From Welwitschia mirabilis (Eukaryota), in assembly GCA_051453625.1 (NCBI GenBank), contig JBOZIK010000001.1:3138870-3202869 (forward strand): a DNA stretch of 64,000 bases. The letters are read 5' to 3'. Made by a program: the position numbers and the translations under genes. The notes under the pieces were generated by a model. That model was not told the origin of the DNA. It saw nothing but the letters and a program-made list of their open reading frames with translations, and did no database searches. Shown piece by piece: positions 11,563 through 24,304 of this stretch. Position 1 is the first letter of the stretch, and each line of letters starts with the position of its first letter.

Positions 11563-14500
11563 CTCTCCCACTTAGGGACAAATTTGGCATGTCTTCAAGA
11601 AAATCTTTTTATGCAACTTGAAAGATGCATTGCCTTTTGAGGCCTCTAAATTAGATAAAGGCCTCTAATTCAGATGCCAGACTCTAATACCTTGCTTGCA
11701 GGTGTTATGTTTATAGTTGTTTAGAATCTTAGTTAGGAAGTCAATAGATTGCCTTTATTTTAACTTTGGCAAGATCAATTCTCCACCATGTCTTGATTGA
11801 AGTGATACTCCACATCTTTGTGCTTCGTATAAATGTGATATGTTGCATTCTTTGCTAATTGTATTGCACTTTGGCTCTCACAACAAACTACATATTTGTT
11901 TTAAGGAAGACCAAAGCATTTCAAGAATGTGTCTTATCCAAATCATCTCCTTAACTCTCTTTGTTAAAGCAATATATTCTACTTTTGTGGCAGAAAATGC
12001 TCCATCACGTAAAAAATGAGACATCCAATGGACTACACCACCTCCAAGAATAGACACATAACCTATTGTTGAGTTCTAGAATATTCATAATCAACAAAAT
12101 CTGCATCTAAAAAATCAACAGTCTTCAAACTTAAACCTCCAAAGCACAGAGAATAATTTTGAGTGCTTCTTTAAGTATTACAATATCATATCGACTACTT
12201 CCCCATCTATTCTTCCAGGGTTATCCCATGTACTTGGAAATAACTCCCATTCCATGGGCAATACTTGTTATAGTACAAATCATGGCATACATGAGACTAT
12301 CTATTGTAGACTGTAAGAAAGATTAGCCATGCCTTTCTTCTCCTAACTAGAAGTAGGGCAATCCCTTTTAGACAACTTAAAATGTTCTGCGAATGTAGTT
12401 ATCTGAACTTAGCCAAAGTTTCTTGTTCTTTTTGTCACGTTGAATCCCCACTCCAAGGATTCGCTTTGCTTGTGCAACATCCTTAGAAGCAAACTTCTTT
12501 GCCATCTACGATTTCAATCTACTAATTTTATGTGGATCATTTTCAACTATCAACATATCATCCACATACAACAAAAGCATTGTGATTTTACTAGTTGTTG
12601 GTCTTTGTAAGTACACGTAGTGATCTTCCTTACACCTTTTGTATTTTTCTTTCATTATGAAAGCATCAAATTTCTTGTACCATTGCTTGAATGCTTGTTT
12701 TAAGCTATATAAGCTTCTTTTCAACTTGCACACAAAGCTTGTTCCATTTTCAAAATCTTTAGGGTGCTCCATGTAAATTCCTTCTTGCTGGTCTCCATGC
12801 AAAAATGCAGTTTTAATTTCCAACTATTCTAGTTGCAAATTCATGCAAGCTATCCGAGCTAAAATGATGTGAATATAAATAGGTTTTAGCTTCCTACTTC
12901 AACATGTAGCTCCACATGTTTTTGAATGCCTTCTTCCCATATGGCAAAGGAACAACCTCCCAAGTATAATTTTGTTCAAGGGATTTCATTTCTTTATTTA
13001 TGGCTTCTAGCCATTTTCTAGCATTAGGACTAGAGACAACTCTTTGGTATGATTTTGGTTTACCTACATTTGGTTACAGAATGTAATCCAAAGATGGACA
13101 ATGTCTAGAGGGAGGCATGCTAGGCCTTGTAGAATGCCTAGCCCAATGATCTAGAGTCTGGAAGTTTTCTAGTTTTTGTTCTAGTTCAAACGCATGTTAA
13201 GGTTCATGCTTTTATTCCACTCTTTCTTCATCCTCAATGGCATTGTTTTAAGAAAAATTCATCTAAAATTCCACCATTTTTTTGCTTGATCTGGAATGTT
13301 AACAAAATAAGGGTGTAAGATCAGAAATTCCATCACTGTAATTCCTTTCTTGTGATTTGTAAACATGACATTTTCATTAACGATCACATCTTGCGATGTA
13401 ATCACCTTCCTTGCCACAAGGTTGCATAGTTTGTAGTCATGGCTATCACCTTTGTAACTAGGAAAAACACATTTTCTAGTTGTTCCCTAGCTTTGATACA
13501 CTTTGTTAATGAACATAAGCCTCATGTCAAATTGTGATAAGATGTGAGTAAGAAACAAAGTTCCCACTCCAACAACATTCTTGTAGTTTTCATCTATTCA
13601 ATAATGCGGATCCTATTTGAAAAGAAAAGCCACTGTGGTGGCCATGTCAATCCAAAAATGTTTGGACATTCCAAACTATGCAAATATTGCTCTAACTCTC
13701 TCTCTAATTGTTCTATTTTGCCTTTTAACAACTCCATTTTGCTACGGATTTCCAAACGCTTTTGTAATGAATGATCCTTGATGCCCTACAAAAGTTTTTC
13801 AAACTTTTTACAATTGTAATCCTTTGCAATATGTATCAATATCTCTTGAATTCTCTAGTCAGTTTCATTCTCTATTCTTGCCTTGAAGTTTTTAAAGATT
13901 TTAAAGGCTTCATCTTTGGATTGCAAATGACATAGCTAGATTTTCTTCGAAAAATCGACAAGAAAAGTGATGAAATACAAAACACCTCCTAACGAGGTAT
14001 GTACAATGGGCTAAACAAATCAAGATGTATTAACTCCAACCCCTGGCCTTTCAAATGATTATTGTTCCTTTTAAAATTAACTCTTCTATATTTACCAACC
14101 ATATAATCAGAACAAAATTCAAAAAAGACACAAACTTTCATAAAAATCCTTTATGAGCAAGTACCTGCAATCCTTCTTCACTTGGGTGTCCTAGAGGTGT
14201 ATGCCAAGTTCTAGCAACTATGTCTTTATTTATAACATATTTCATGCTAATAGGTAGTTGAATGCAAAACCTACATAGTGCCTTCTCTACTACCTTGAGC
14301 TATCACCAAAGCTCCCTTATTAATTTTCCAAGAATTGCTAACAAAAGTGGTGGTGAAACCACTATCACCTTGTTGTCTTGTAGAGACCTACTTTGTAGCT
14401 AAACTTGGAACGTCTCAAATTTGTTAAAGTAAATTTCTAATCATTTTGTTTCCTCAAGATCACTACTCCTTTTCCTTCGATCTCATATCTACGATCATCT

Positions 14501-15534
14501 ACTAACTAGACACATGAACCATTTGTAACAAGTTCATAAGTAGAAAACAAAGTTTTACATGTAAAGACATGAAACATGGCACATGTATCTATAATACATA
14601 CTTTTAGAAAAGACTATTCAGAAATATTGACATCACCTCCCTATGTTAATAAAGTAGTATGAGCTTCTCCCTCTGAAAGTGGGACAAGCCTAGAGGCTTC
14701 ATCCTTCTTTTCATCCTTCTATTTATGCTTTTTCCTAAGCTTTCAACATTCTCTTCTCAAGTGCCTTTTCTTTTATAGTAATAACAGTCAATGTCCCTTC
14801 CCTGGGATATTTCTCTACTCTTGCTATGTTCATGTCCTCCTTTGTTTTAAGAATGTCCTCTGTTAGTTGCAATGGCTACCTTGGTTGTCATTGTTATTAG
14901 TACTCATTATGTTCTTGGTTTTTGCACCTAATAGAGTGGAAATAAGATCATTCAGAATCATATTAGATTTTCTAGTGGAGGTCAGCATGGGTTTACAACA
15001 GATTCCCAACTTAAAGGTGATGAAATCAATGTGGTTTTAATGTGCAATTCCTTTGTCAACTCTATGCATAAATCACCTATTGTTGAGAAGACATGTTGCA
15101 TCTCATGCAGATGACTTATTTTCTTGTTATGTTCTTCATCTTAGGAGTGAATGCCTGATGGTTGGTCATCCCTCTTTTTAAGTTTATACTAAAGTTCATG
15201 GGCTGTGTTTTATCTTTGAATGTGCTTTTAAAATAGCATCGCTTAGGCATGGCCCAATCAAGCACAAGACATTTAAGATTCATTTCCTTTGAATCAACCA
15301 TATGCTTCAACTAGTTAGCATTAGGCATCCTAGATTTAGTCTTACTTGATCTTTCATTTTCAACACAATCTATTTTTGAAACACCGTTGTTTTTAAGATC
15401 TGTTGGTTTGTTAATAATCATGCTATCTAGAAACTAATCACTTATTCGCTCACTTGTCAATGTGTGGGACTATTAACAAACCCTCGCATAGGACATCCTT
15501 GCGCTTCAATCCACAACAATGCTCTGATACCACT

Positions 15535-15835
15535 TGTTGTGGATTTAAACAAACAAGTTTAGATAAAACATAACAAGGGAAAAGAGAACATAGTGATTTA
15601 CATGGAAGTCCCAAAGTGAAAAAAACTACAGGAAGTTAGTGTAGAGCTCTTATTATCTTCAAGAAGCAGAAAACTAAAAAATAACCTTCTAAGCAACCTT
15701 TTTAAGTTTAGGTTTTCAATCTAATGCTTTCCAGAAACGTCTCTTCTCCACTTTTTCCTTTTTTTAAATTTTTTTTAGTTTTTAAATTTGAAACAATACA
15801 ACATTAAATAATAAACATAGCTTTACATATCAACA
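15535..15835 (-). repeat. 5' LTR of the copia element
   Basis: TG...CA termini and an adjacent PBS. It shares the block TACAACATTAAATAA...GCTTTACATATCAA with 11525-11560. Confidence 0.8.
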
Positions 15836-17675
15836 ATAAGAGTCTCTTTTGATACTATGAACTTGATGCATAGTGATTTTGATAATCAAGTGGGTATTCT
15901 TTAACTCTGTAAAATCAAGAGAAGGCAAGAAATGGAACTTGAGATTATATTGATTGCAAAAATTCCTAAGGATTTATCATGAACCTTGATGTTTTCAAAA
16001 TTGAAAAGAACCAAATCATTTGGTTCAAAATGCTGGATTTCAGTAATTAATAGGTGGATCATGAGTAATTAAGGTAAGAAGATGAAAAAAAAAAAAGAAG
16101 TTTGATAATGAATTGAAATAGCTTTATGAATAACTTCGTTCATAGTATGGTCTTTATGTGTCTTCTCTTTGTGTATCAAAAATGTATTGTTAAATAAGCA
16201 ATATACATAAGCTGGTTGTTGAAATATTATTTCATGAGGATATTTCTATCTAAACATTGATATTAGGAATACTGAACATGTACAAGTTTCTACGCTTTTT
16301 CGTCACCTTAATATCATTAAAATCTTAGACTTGTAATTTCATGATTGATGCTTGAATTTGTGAATCTCTTTTATTCGTTATTAGTATTCTTAATTTTCTT
16401 GTTAAAAATATGATTATAACTAAGAATATGTTATAATATAAAATCCTTCATGAGACATTAAAAACGACTATATAGTAGTAGGTTATAGTTGTTTTATTCT
16501 TATTTTTTTCAGTTTATATCAAATTGAGGTAAGTTGGTTTTCGTTTTGTTGCCCAACAAATTTTAAGACTTCTCAATTTTGGATGATATGCCTAGGAAGA
16601 GTAACTCTTTAATGAAAATTAAAGAGAATATGTACGTAAAAGGAAAGGAGTCAAAACAACAAAAATAAATGAGAAAAATTTAGAATAGTTTGGCCAAGCC
16701 AACTCCACTCTCAAGGGGAAAAATTTGTGGCCACCACCTTACTTCCATTTAAGAGTTAACACATAAATGATCTTTGTTTTTAGGGTGATCAACAAATCAA
16801 CAATCCCATTGTCTTTGTTTTCAAAGTGATCATTAAACCCTTTTGTGATGACAATGGTAACTTTAAGAATGAGATTGAACTATACCTAAAAATGCTAGAG
16901 ATGGAGGATGATGAATAGCTCAAAATTGAAGATCATCAGAAGAGTTCCTTTTGTAATGGACAAGGTTCCTTTTACATGATGTCTAAAGAGAATGTTGTTG
17001 TTAAAGAAGTCAAGTCATCCTTTGCTTTGATTACTTGAATATAACACCTAAGCTCCAATCAAATCTCTAACTTTTAATGACTTGGAGCATGCAGCTAACC
17101 AATGATTAATTGTTGACTAAGTAAAGACTGACTAGGTTTAAACTAGAGTGATCCAGCATTCATATCACTCTAAACTTAATTGCAAAGAACGTGGGTACCT
17201 GCACAAATGGGCTAGCACTACATATCAAATTTTGACTTTTCAAGTTCTAAAGAAGGCTAGATGACTAAACAATTTGGCTCAATGATTAGTGACTAATATG
17301 GCTTATAGACCTAAAATCTATTTTGAGAATAGGGGGCTTGCCACATGAAGTTGTTCGAGGATTAAACACTTCCAAGAAATAAATAGTGATCCATAACAAT
17401 TCTTAATACCTTTTGATCTAAATGTTTTTAAAACTTCAATTTATCATGATATTATTTTGTAGATTCAACTTAAGAAAGTTTAGCCAAAGGCTAGTGATAT
17501 ATTTCTTAAGCCTTTATTAAAATATAGGACTTTGGTGTGTATTAATATACAATATGTATTACTAGTCACATACTATAGACACATACATACAAATCATAAG
17601 TAAATTACATATCTTGTATTTTATATTACAAATTTTAATTTAACTAATATGTATTCAATAACCATAGTTGCCAAT

Positions 17676-17745
17676 AGGATGACATTTCACTTGGTGGCAT
17701 GCTCATACTCAGTTTAGGAGGTCATGGGTTTGAATCTTTGAATGA
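17676..17745 (+). mobile_element. Possible tRNA-derived SINE head remnant
   Basis: A-box-like TTTCACTTGGT and B-box-like GGTTTGAATC with tRNA-like spacing (GAGGTCATGGGTTTGAATC). No intact cloverleaf. Confidence 0.35.
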
Positions 17746-17813
17746 CACAATTCACATATTATAAAGCCTTAAGCTTAATTATATTATTCATTCCATTGAT
17801 TGTCACCACTCTG

Positions 17814-20800
17814 TGTCATGACCCTGTTTTTAGGTTGGACTTATAAGGCACTATAAAGCACCATTTTTTATCCCTAATTAACTAAATTACATTATGTTAT
17901 ATTAGTAACATTACATAATTCGATAAACATTGCAGTGGATTAATTAGGTTGTGACTAAAAGACTTACCTCTCAATTACCCATAGGATTCATGTCAAGTGA
18001 ACTATGTGATGATAGCCCACCTGCCAAATATCATAACCAACCTTAAGGTTAATCAGAAATCTCAATTAGGAGCATAGATAAGAAGTGTGTAAGTTGCGGT
18101 CAAGTGGTTGGTTGCACCGACAACAAAGCAACCATGCCTATGTAATCCTCATCTGGAGGAGTTCAGACCACACGTAGTTCTATCTTGGAGCTCGTTCTAA
18201 TCTCCACCAATAGGCATGAGCGTAAGATAGATCAAAGTGATCCGTATCAGTGGCATGTGGCAATCCTAAGCATGAAAGAGTGCAAGGAATAATGCGATAA
18301 CTTAATATTCAAACCAACATCAATAGATATCGCACACGAATATATATACATATGCATAGTAGCTATGTGTAAAAGTATAGAAGGCATCCAGTCAAGAACT
18401 CTGGAGGTTATAACATCCAATCCTATTAAGGAATTTCAATGCATGAATGATAATAATACATGTATATTAATATAAATCAGATATATGGGTACCGGAGTAT
18501 GTATATATAGTGAGCCATCTGGTCACTTAACCAAAATATCCATTAGTAATCCTCCATCACCAAGCATAAGAGACTCCCTCATATCTCACTATAACATCTT
18601 AGTGGGAGCCAATGGGAGGGAATATATTATAATAAAGTGTCATTATAATAAACTCATGCAAAAATATGATTAACACACACACATGCATATACAAACCTAC
18701 ACATATGTCATTTTGACAGGGTACCTCTTAGCTGTTCCTTTTATAACATATCATAATGAATCTAATAATATGTAAATATTAAATGCCAAAGAGACTAGCC
18801 TATATGCCACTGATTAAGTCTTTAGTCTCAATAGACTTAGATCAATAGAAGTCAAAGGATAAGGGTTGCTAATTAAGTGCCTAACTTTTTTTCAATGAGC
18901 ATTAAAGAATAACTATTATTATATCAATTTATGCATAAGATAACAACTAATTATATAGAATATTTAACTCATATTTATGAACATGTAAGAAAGTATATTC
19001 AAGGATACACACCTGGATAGCATTGAGATTACTAAAAGTAACCATGACCATTGGAGATCGTGCTAAAACCTGCATCATTTTATAACTATACTATGTGTAC
19101 TATAACTATATTAAANNNNNNNNNNNNNNNNNNNNNNNNNNNNNNNNNNNNNNNNNNNNNNNNNNNNNNNNNNNNNNNNNNNNNNNNNNNNNNNNNNNNN
19201 NNNNNNNNNNNNNNNTTCATATCTTACTATAATGTCTTGGTGGGTGATAATGGAAGGGAATATATTATAATAGAGTCTCATTATAGTAAACTCATGCAAA
19301 AATATGATTAACACAAACATATACAGATACACACATACATAGACTCCATTTTGGTAGAGTACCTATTAGCTACTCCTTTTATAACATCTCATAATAAGTT
19401 TAGTAACATATAAATATTAAATGACAATGAGAATAACCTATACGCCACCGATTAAGTTTTTAGTCTTAATAGACTTAAGTTAATGGAAGTCAAAGGATAA
19501 AGGTCACTAATTAAATGCCTAATTATTTCAATACACATCATAAATTAATCATTACTATTATATCATTTTATGCATAAGATAATAAGTAACTACTTAGAAT
19601 ATTTAACTCATATGCATGAACATGAAAATAACATACACATGATAGTACATACTTAAAAAGTGTGAAGCAATACTAGAAATAACCATGTTCATTGGAGGAT
19701 GTGCTTAAACCTGCATCATTTTATAACTATACTATGTGTACTATAACTATATTAAATCATACTAAAAACAACATAAATGTTATTCAATACATCCAACAAT
19801 ATATAACATTCATTATAAATTAATTACTAAGTGTAAGAATGTATTCTGTTAAAATAATTATAATAACATCTTTATCTAAGAAGTTAAACATGAGTATTCA
19901 ATCTTTTCTAAGCGTTTCTTTCATCATGAATCTATTCCTAACATTAACCTATACTCAAGAATACAACACGTTTTCCCTTATGATACATATACATGTAATG
20001 CTATATGTATGAAATAGTGTAATATCAAATAATACAATATAATAAATATAATATAATATAAAATACTACTATGTATGTCATATAATGTAATTTAATATAT
20101 AAGCAATATAAATTATTATGATATATAATATAATATAATATAATATAATATAATAGAGTATAGAATAATATAATACAATAAAATTTAATATAATATTTAA
20201 TTTATGAAAAATATAAATATTATAATATAATATAATACAACATAACGTAATATAATGTTATAATATAACATACTATATTACATATGTTTTAAATGTAGTG
20301 TATTAATATAATATTAATGAATAAAAACATAGCATAAAGAGAAGAGCATATAATAAAATAATGTGTATAGATAAAGAGAGAAGATAGATGTGTAAAGTAT
20401 ATTAAGCAATAATAATGTAGTATAATAAGGAACATATATAGGAAAGGAGAAAATATATACATAATATAGAAAGTATAATAAATATATGAAGTGAACACAC
20501 AAATAATAAGATGAAAGTCAAATATTAGATAAATAATAATAAGTTTGGCTTAATCTCTCTAAATATCTAGTGGTTTACATTTTTGCATTAAGACAACTTC
20601 CTTGAGTTATACGATGTAGTTCATACACAAGAGATGCATATAATAAAATGATATTTGTAGATTCTATAAGATGTTATTATTACCAATGCGAGGTAGGATA
20701 TACCGATAACAATTGCGTTCATTTAGAGATCATCTAAACTTTGATAGCAAACCATCTCCCCTTACCTTTTATTTTTCATAATGAAACCAACGTTTTAAAG

Positions 20801-22929
20801 AATTGTCAAATGTATCTAAATAATACTAAGAATAGAAAGATAATAAGGAGGAAAATGGAGAAAACCTGATCGCCTATCAAGAAACTTAATTCAAGGAATG
20901 CACTCCAAGTGTTGCTCCTTTTCCATGTCATTTTGTGGATGCACCAGAGTCTTTGCAATTTTCTTGCAAAATGAAGAACTATAACTGTGGCCTTTAATAG
21001 CTCAATCACCTTCAAGATGACATCTTCAAGATTTTTGTTATGGTTGCTAGCTATTGCAAAAGCCTGCCATGATGATGAATGACTCCACTTCTCAGATTTT
21101 TCTCGAAATGGGCATTGCACAAAAATTCACTAGTGTATGCCCATACTGACACACATGCTATCTGTAAATTCTACAATGGAAATTTTTATGGAAATGGCAT
21201 CTTCACCGTTCCTTTGCTTGTAGACCATTTCTCGTGTGCCTTCTTGTAGGGTACAAAACAATTGATTCTAATTTCTCTGTTGCCATAAAAACTGGTAAGA
21301 ACTTTGATCTAGCTCATTTTGATTGCATATTCAATGAACTGTATCAGAAACACATGGTTTTCTTAGCTGAAAGGTCGAACAATTTTCTTGAGTATGGCGT
21401 TGTCGAACAGGTCCACACTAGACACCACAAGTGTCTGATTCTCTGTCAAATCCTTCAAATATTTCTTGTCAAACTTGTTTGGAGTGCGTTTATCCACTGG
21501 ACGCCCTCCATCATCTTGTCTTCATCTTCGTCATCCACGTCCCCATCTTTGTTTTCGTGGGTCGTTGAAAATGCAGAGAGATTTCCAAAAGCATGAATGA
21601 TATGCATTTTTTTTTTCCTGGCTTGCACTGAACCACAATGAAATAGACTCTGTGAGGTTAAAAGTCGTAATGTTGTGGGTCAATGTTGTAGATAACAGTG
21701 GTCCAATTACAGAAATAAGCGTCCATTTGTGGGGGAGATACATTTCAGACAAGGCACCCTCCCCCACAACCAAGAGAATCACGTTGAATATATGCCCTAG
21801 CATGCCTCTGCTTCTGCTGTGACTCTGTGATGAGAAACAACAATAAGATTCAACATTTTGGAGTTATCTCGCCATCCCTTACTTTACTCACGGTTAGTTT
21901 GCCTTGATATCATCGATAATTCCTTAGAGTTTAGGTCCCCATGTGCTTGTGCAGAAGCAGTGAGAAGCACGGATGAGACATAGCCGTTGAAGAAACAGGC
22001 TTCGAAAAGGAGCTTGAGAAGCGCTAAAGTGCTTCTAAGATGGGCTTTCAACCTTCACCTTCGCCATTTCTCGGTCATGAGATATTGGTTGACAGAGTGT
22101 TCTTACATTGGCAGTGGGCTCCCCCTCCTTACCATGAAATGCATGCATATAGTCATACAAGAAATAGCAATGTTCAAATGGAGATTGCAAAATGTTTGGC
22201 TCATCAAACACCGCACAGATGGCACACACTTCAAAGTGGTGGGTATTACATTCTCTTCTCCTTAAGAAGTTTCCGCCCTCGGAAACTACTTAAGCTATTT
22301 AATACTTTAGCAAGAGCCATTAGGAAATTGATCAAGCAATGGATCCAAACCTAGCTATGATACCAAAATGTCATGACCCGGTTTTTAGTTTGGGCTTATG
22401 AGGCACTAAAAGTCATCATTTTCCCCCTTATTAACTAAATTACATTATGTTACATTAGTAACATTGCATAATTCGATTAAACATTACAACGGATTAATTA
22501 GGTTGCAACTGAAAGACTTACCTCTCAGTTACCCACAGGATTTATGTCAAGTAAACTATGTGATGATAGTCCACTGACTAATATCACAACCAACCTTAAT
22601 CAGAAATCTCAATTAGGAGCACAGATAAGAAGTGTGTAACTTGCGGTTGAGTGGTTNNNNNNNNNNAACCACACCTATGTAATCGTCTTTTGAAGGAGTT
22701 CAGACCACACAGTTTTATCTTGGACCTCGTTCTAATCTCCACCAATACGCATGAGTGTAAGATAAATCAAAATGATCCATATCAGTGGCATCTGGCAATC
22801 CCAGGTATGAAAAAATGCAAGAAATAATGTGACAATTTAATATTCAAACCAACATCAATAGATATTGCACACGAATATATATACATATGCATAGTAACTA
22901 TGTGTAAAAGCATAGGAGACAACCAGTCA
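17814..22929 (-). mobile_element. Non-autonomous LTR retroelement carrying a captured class III peroxidase-like sequence, copy 1
   Basis: The 5' LTR starts at 22369 on the plus strand (tgtcatgaccc...) and runs into the gap at 22930. PBS TGGTATCATAGC is at 22354-22365. The internal region spans 20754-22368. PPT AAAAGGTAAGGGGAGA is at about 20755-20770. LTR sequence at 17814-20753 begins with the same tgtcatgaccc end and contains a 100-N gap. No gag/pol motifs were found internally. Confidence 0.85.
21245..22035 (-). pseudogene. Class III (secretory) peroxidase-like pseudogene inside the LTR element, copy 1
   Basis: Minus strand reads ALLKLLFEACFFNGYVSSVLL (cf. [20 protein letters not shown]), GIIDDIKA and RDSLGCGGG. 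One frame reads VDKRTPNKFDKKYLKDLTENQTLVVSSVDLFDNAILKKIVRPFS*ENHVFLIQFIEYAIKMS*IKVLTSFYGNREIRINCFV (cf. [30 protein letters not shown]...MIKMSQLSVLTGxxGEIRxNCS). Stops and frameshifts are present. Confidence 0.85.
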
Positions 22930-23029
22930 NNNNNNNNNNNNNNNNNNNNNNNNNNNNNNNNNNNNNNNNNNNNNNNNNNNNNNNNNNNNNNNNNNNNNNN
23001 NNNNNNNNNNNNNNNNNNNNNNNNNNNNN

Positions 23030-23300
23030 TCAGCATTGCAAAGTAGATTAATCATTATTAAAAAAGCTAAAGGAGCCAAAACCATATCCAGATAGGAAAA
23101 GAGGTATAGATTCTAAAGTGTGAAGGTCTTCTTCTTAATTGCAAGGGAAAAAAGCTAAAGAAAAACTTGATAAAAAGGAGAAAAGAGACAAGGCCTTGAA
23201 ATTTCAACATATGTATAGAAAACATTGATGAGGTGTTAAGTTTTTAAGATATTACTTGGCTTTTTCTAAATCCCCTCCTTCATACTTTGCCTATTGAAGG
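23030..23300. repeat. ~270-bp diverged direct repeat, copy A (copy B about 24305-24575)
   Basis: Colinear blocks CAGCATTnnAAAGTAGATTAATCA, ATTCTAAAnTGnGAAGGTCTT, AAGGCCTT, TATAGAAAACATT and CCTCCTTCAnACTT occur in both copies. Confidence 0.75.
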
Positions 23301-24304
23301 GGGAAAGTGGGAGAGGGCATAGGCGAGGAAGGGGGAGGAGGAATGGAGGGAGGTGAAGGCCAGGATGGGTTGATGGGGAAGGAGGGGAAATGGTTAAGAA
23401 CATAAAAATAGGTGAAAAACAAATTTAGTTAACTACAAATCTACTCCCCACTATTTCCATGAAGTAATAAAAATTTCTAAAAAATGGAAAATACATAGGT
23501 ATGCATTCCAAGCAAGAGAGAAAATAAATTTTTCCATTATATCACATTATAACAAGAATCTACAAAATGCTTCTCAAGTTAACTTTTTTTTATGAACAAG
23601 TTATACAAGGACAGGGCATTACAAGATTAGCCCAAAGGATAATTTTTTATTTTAACCAAAACACTACATTATGTTTATAACACTTTACATTATTGGACCT
23701 TAAAAATTTAGGAAGATGATAACAATTTCTGACTTAGAATTCTACCATTACTACTTGATGGTCAACTCGCTAAGTAGCCTTTGTACTTGTCAAAAAATGA
23801 TATGGATGTGAACTATGAAAAACATAGTTCTTAGTATGGCTTAAGCGAGGGGAAGAGGCTTTCAAGAAGAATGAAAGGTACTCAAATAAAACAAGAGGAG
23901 GAAAACTCAAAAATTTACAGGATGTAAATGTAATCATTTGATTATATTAATTTATGTTTAGAAAAATTCATAGTTTTAACAACACAAGTATGCCTTGACT
24001 AGAAGTGATTTCATTTATTTTTGTACATTTTCCCCTACTCTCACTAGTAGTTTACTTCCATGACTATAAAAGCCTAATAAAGGGTAACCCCTTTGAAGTT
24101 TGCATCACCTAGTTACCCTAGTAAGATTTAATTTTTATTATTTAACAAGTAAAGTATAAAAGATTATCTTTATCTGAAGGTCCAAGAGTTATTGCCTTAA
24201 AATTTTTAAATTTAAAAAAATAAGAAGTTCTTTAGAATTAACAATAAGCTAAGACAAAAAAAGATTGAAGAAAATAGACAATAATTGCACAAAGAAAAAG
24301 AATT

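Larger units (their letters stand above)
11281..15835 (-). mobile_element. Ancient full-length Ty1/copia LTR retrotransposon (degenerate gag-pol)
   Basis: PBS TGGTATCAGAGC (plus strand gctctgatacca, 15521-15532) lies next to the 5' LTR at 15535-15835. PPT AAGTGGGAGAG at about 11563-11573 lies next to the 3' LTR at about 11281-11562. RT motifs KTAFLHG, KLKRSLYSLKQA and LLLYVDDMLI are in ORF 12506-12823. An RNase H-like KHKDVEYHF lies near 11800. Flanks ACAAG/ATAAG form a 5-bp TSD with one mismatch. Confidence 0.88.

Noticed and set aside
19980-20550. Tyr/Ile/Phe-rich ORFs (also 40410-40975)
   Set aside because: These are translations of (TATAA)n-like AT-rich low-complexity sequence within the LTRs.
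22035-22229. CAIC-containing ORF as a PHD/zinc finger (EDM2-like)
   Set aside because: The further Cys/His ligands are not present at the right spacing, and the motif is not conserved in copy 2.
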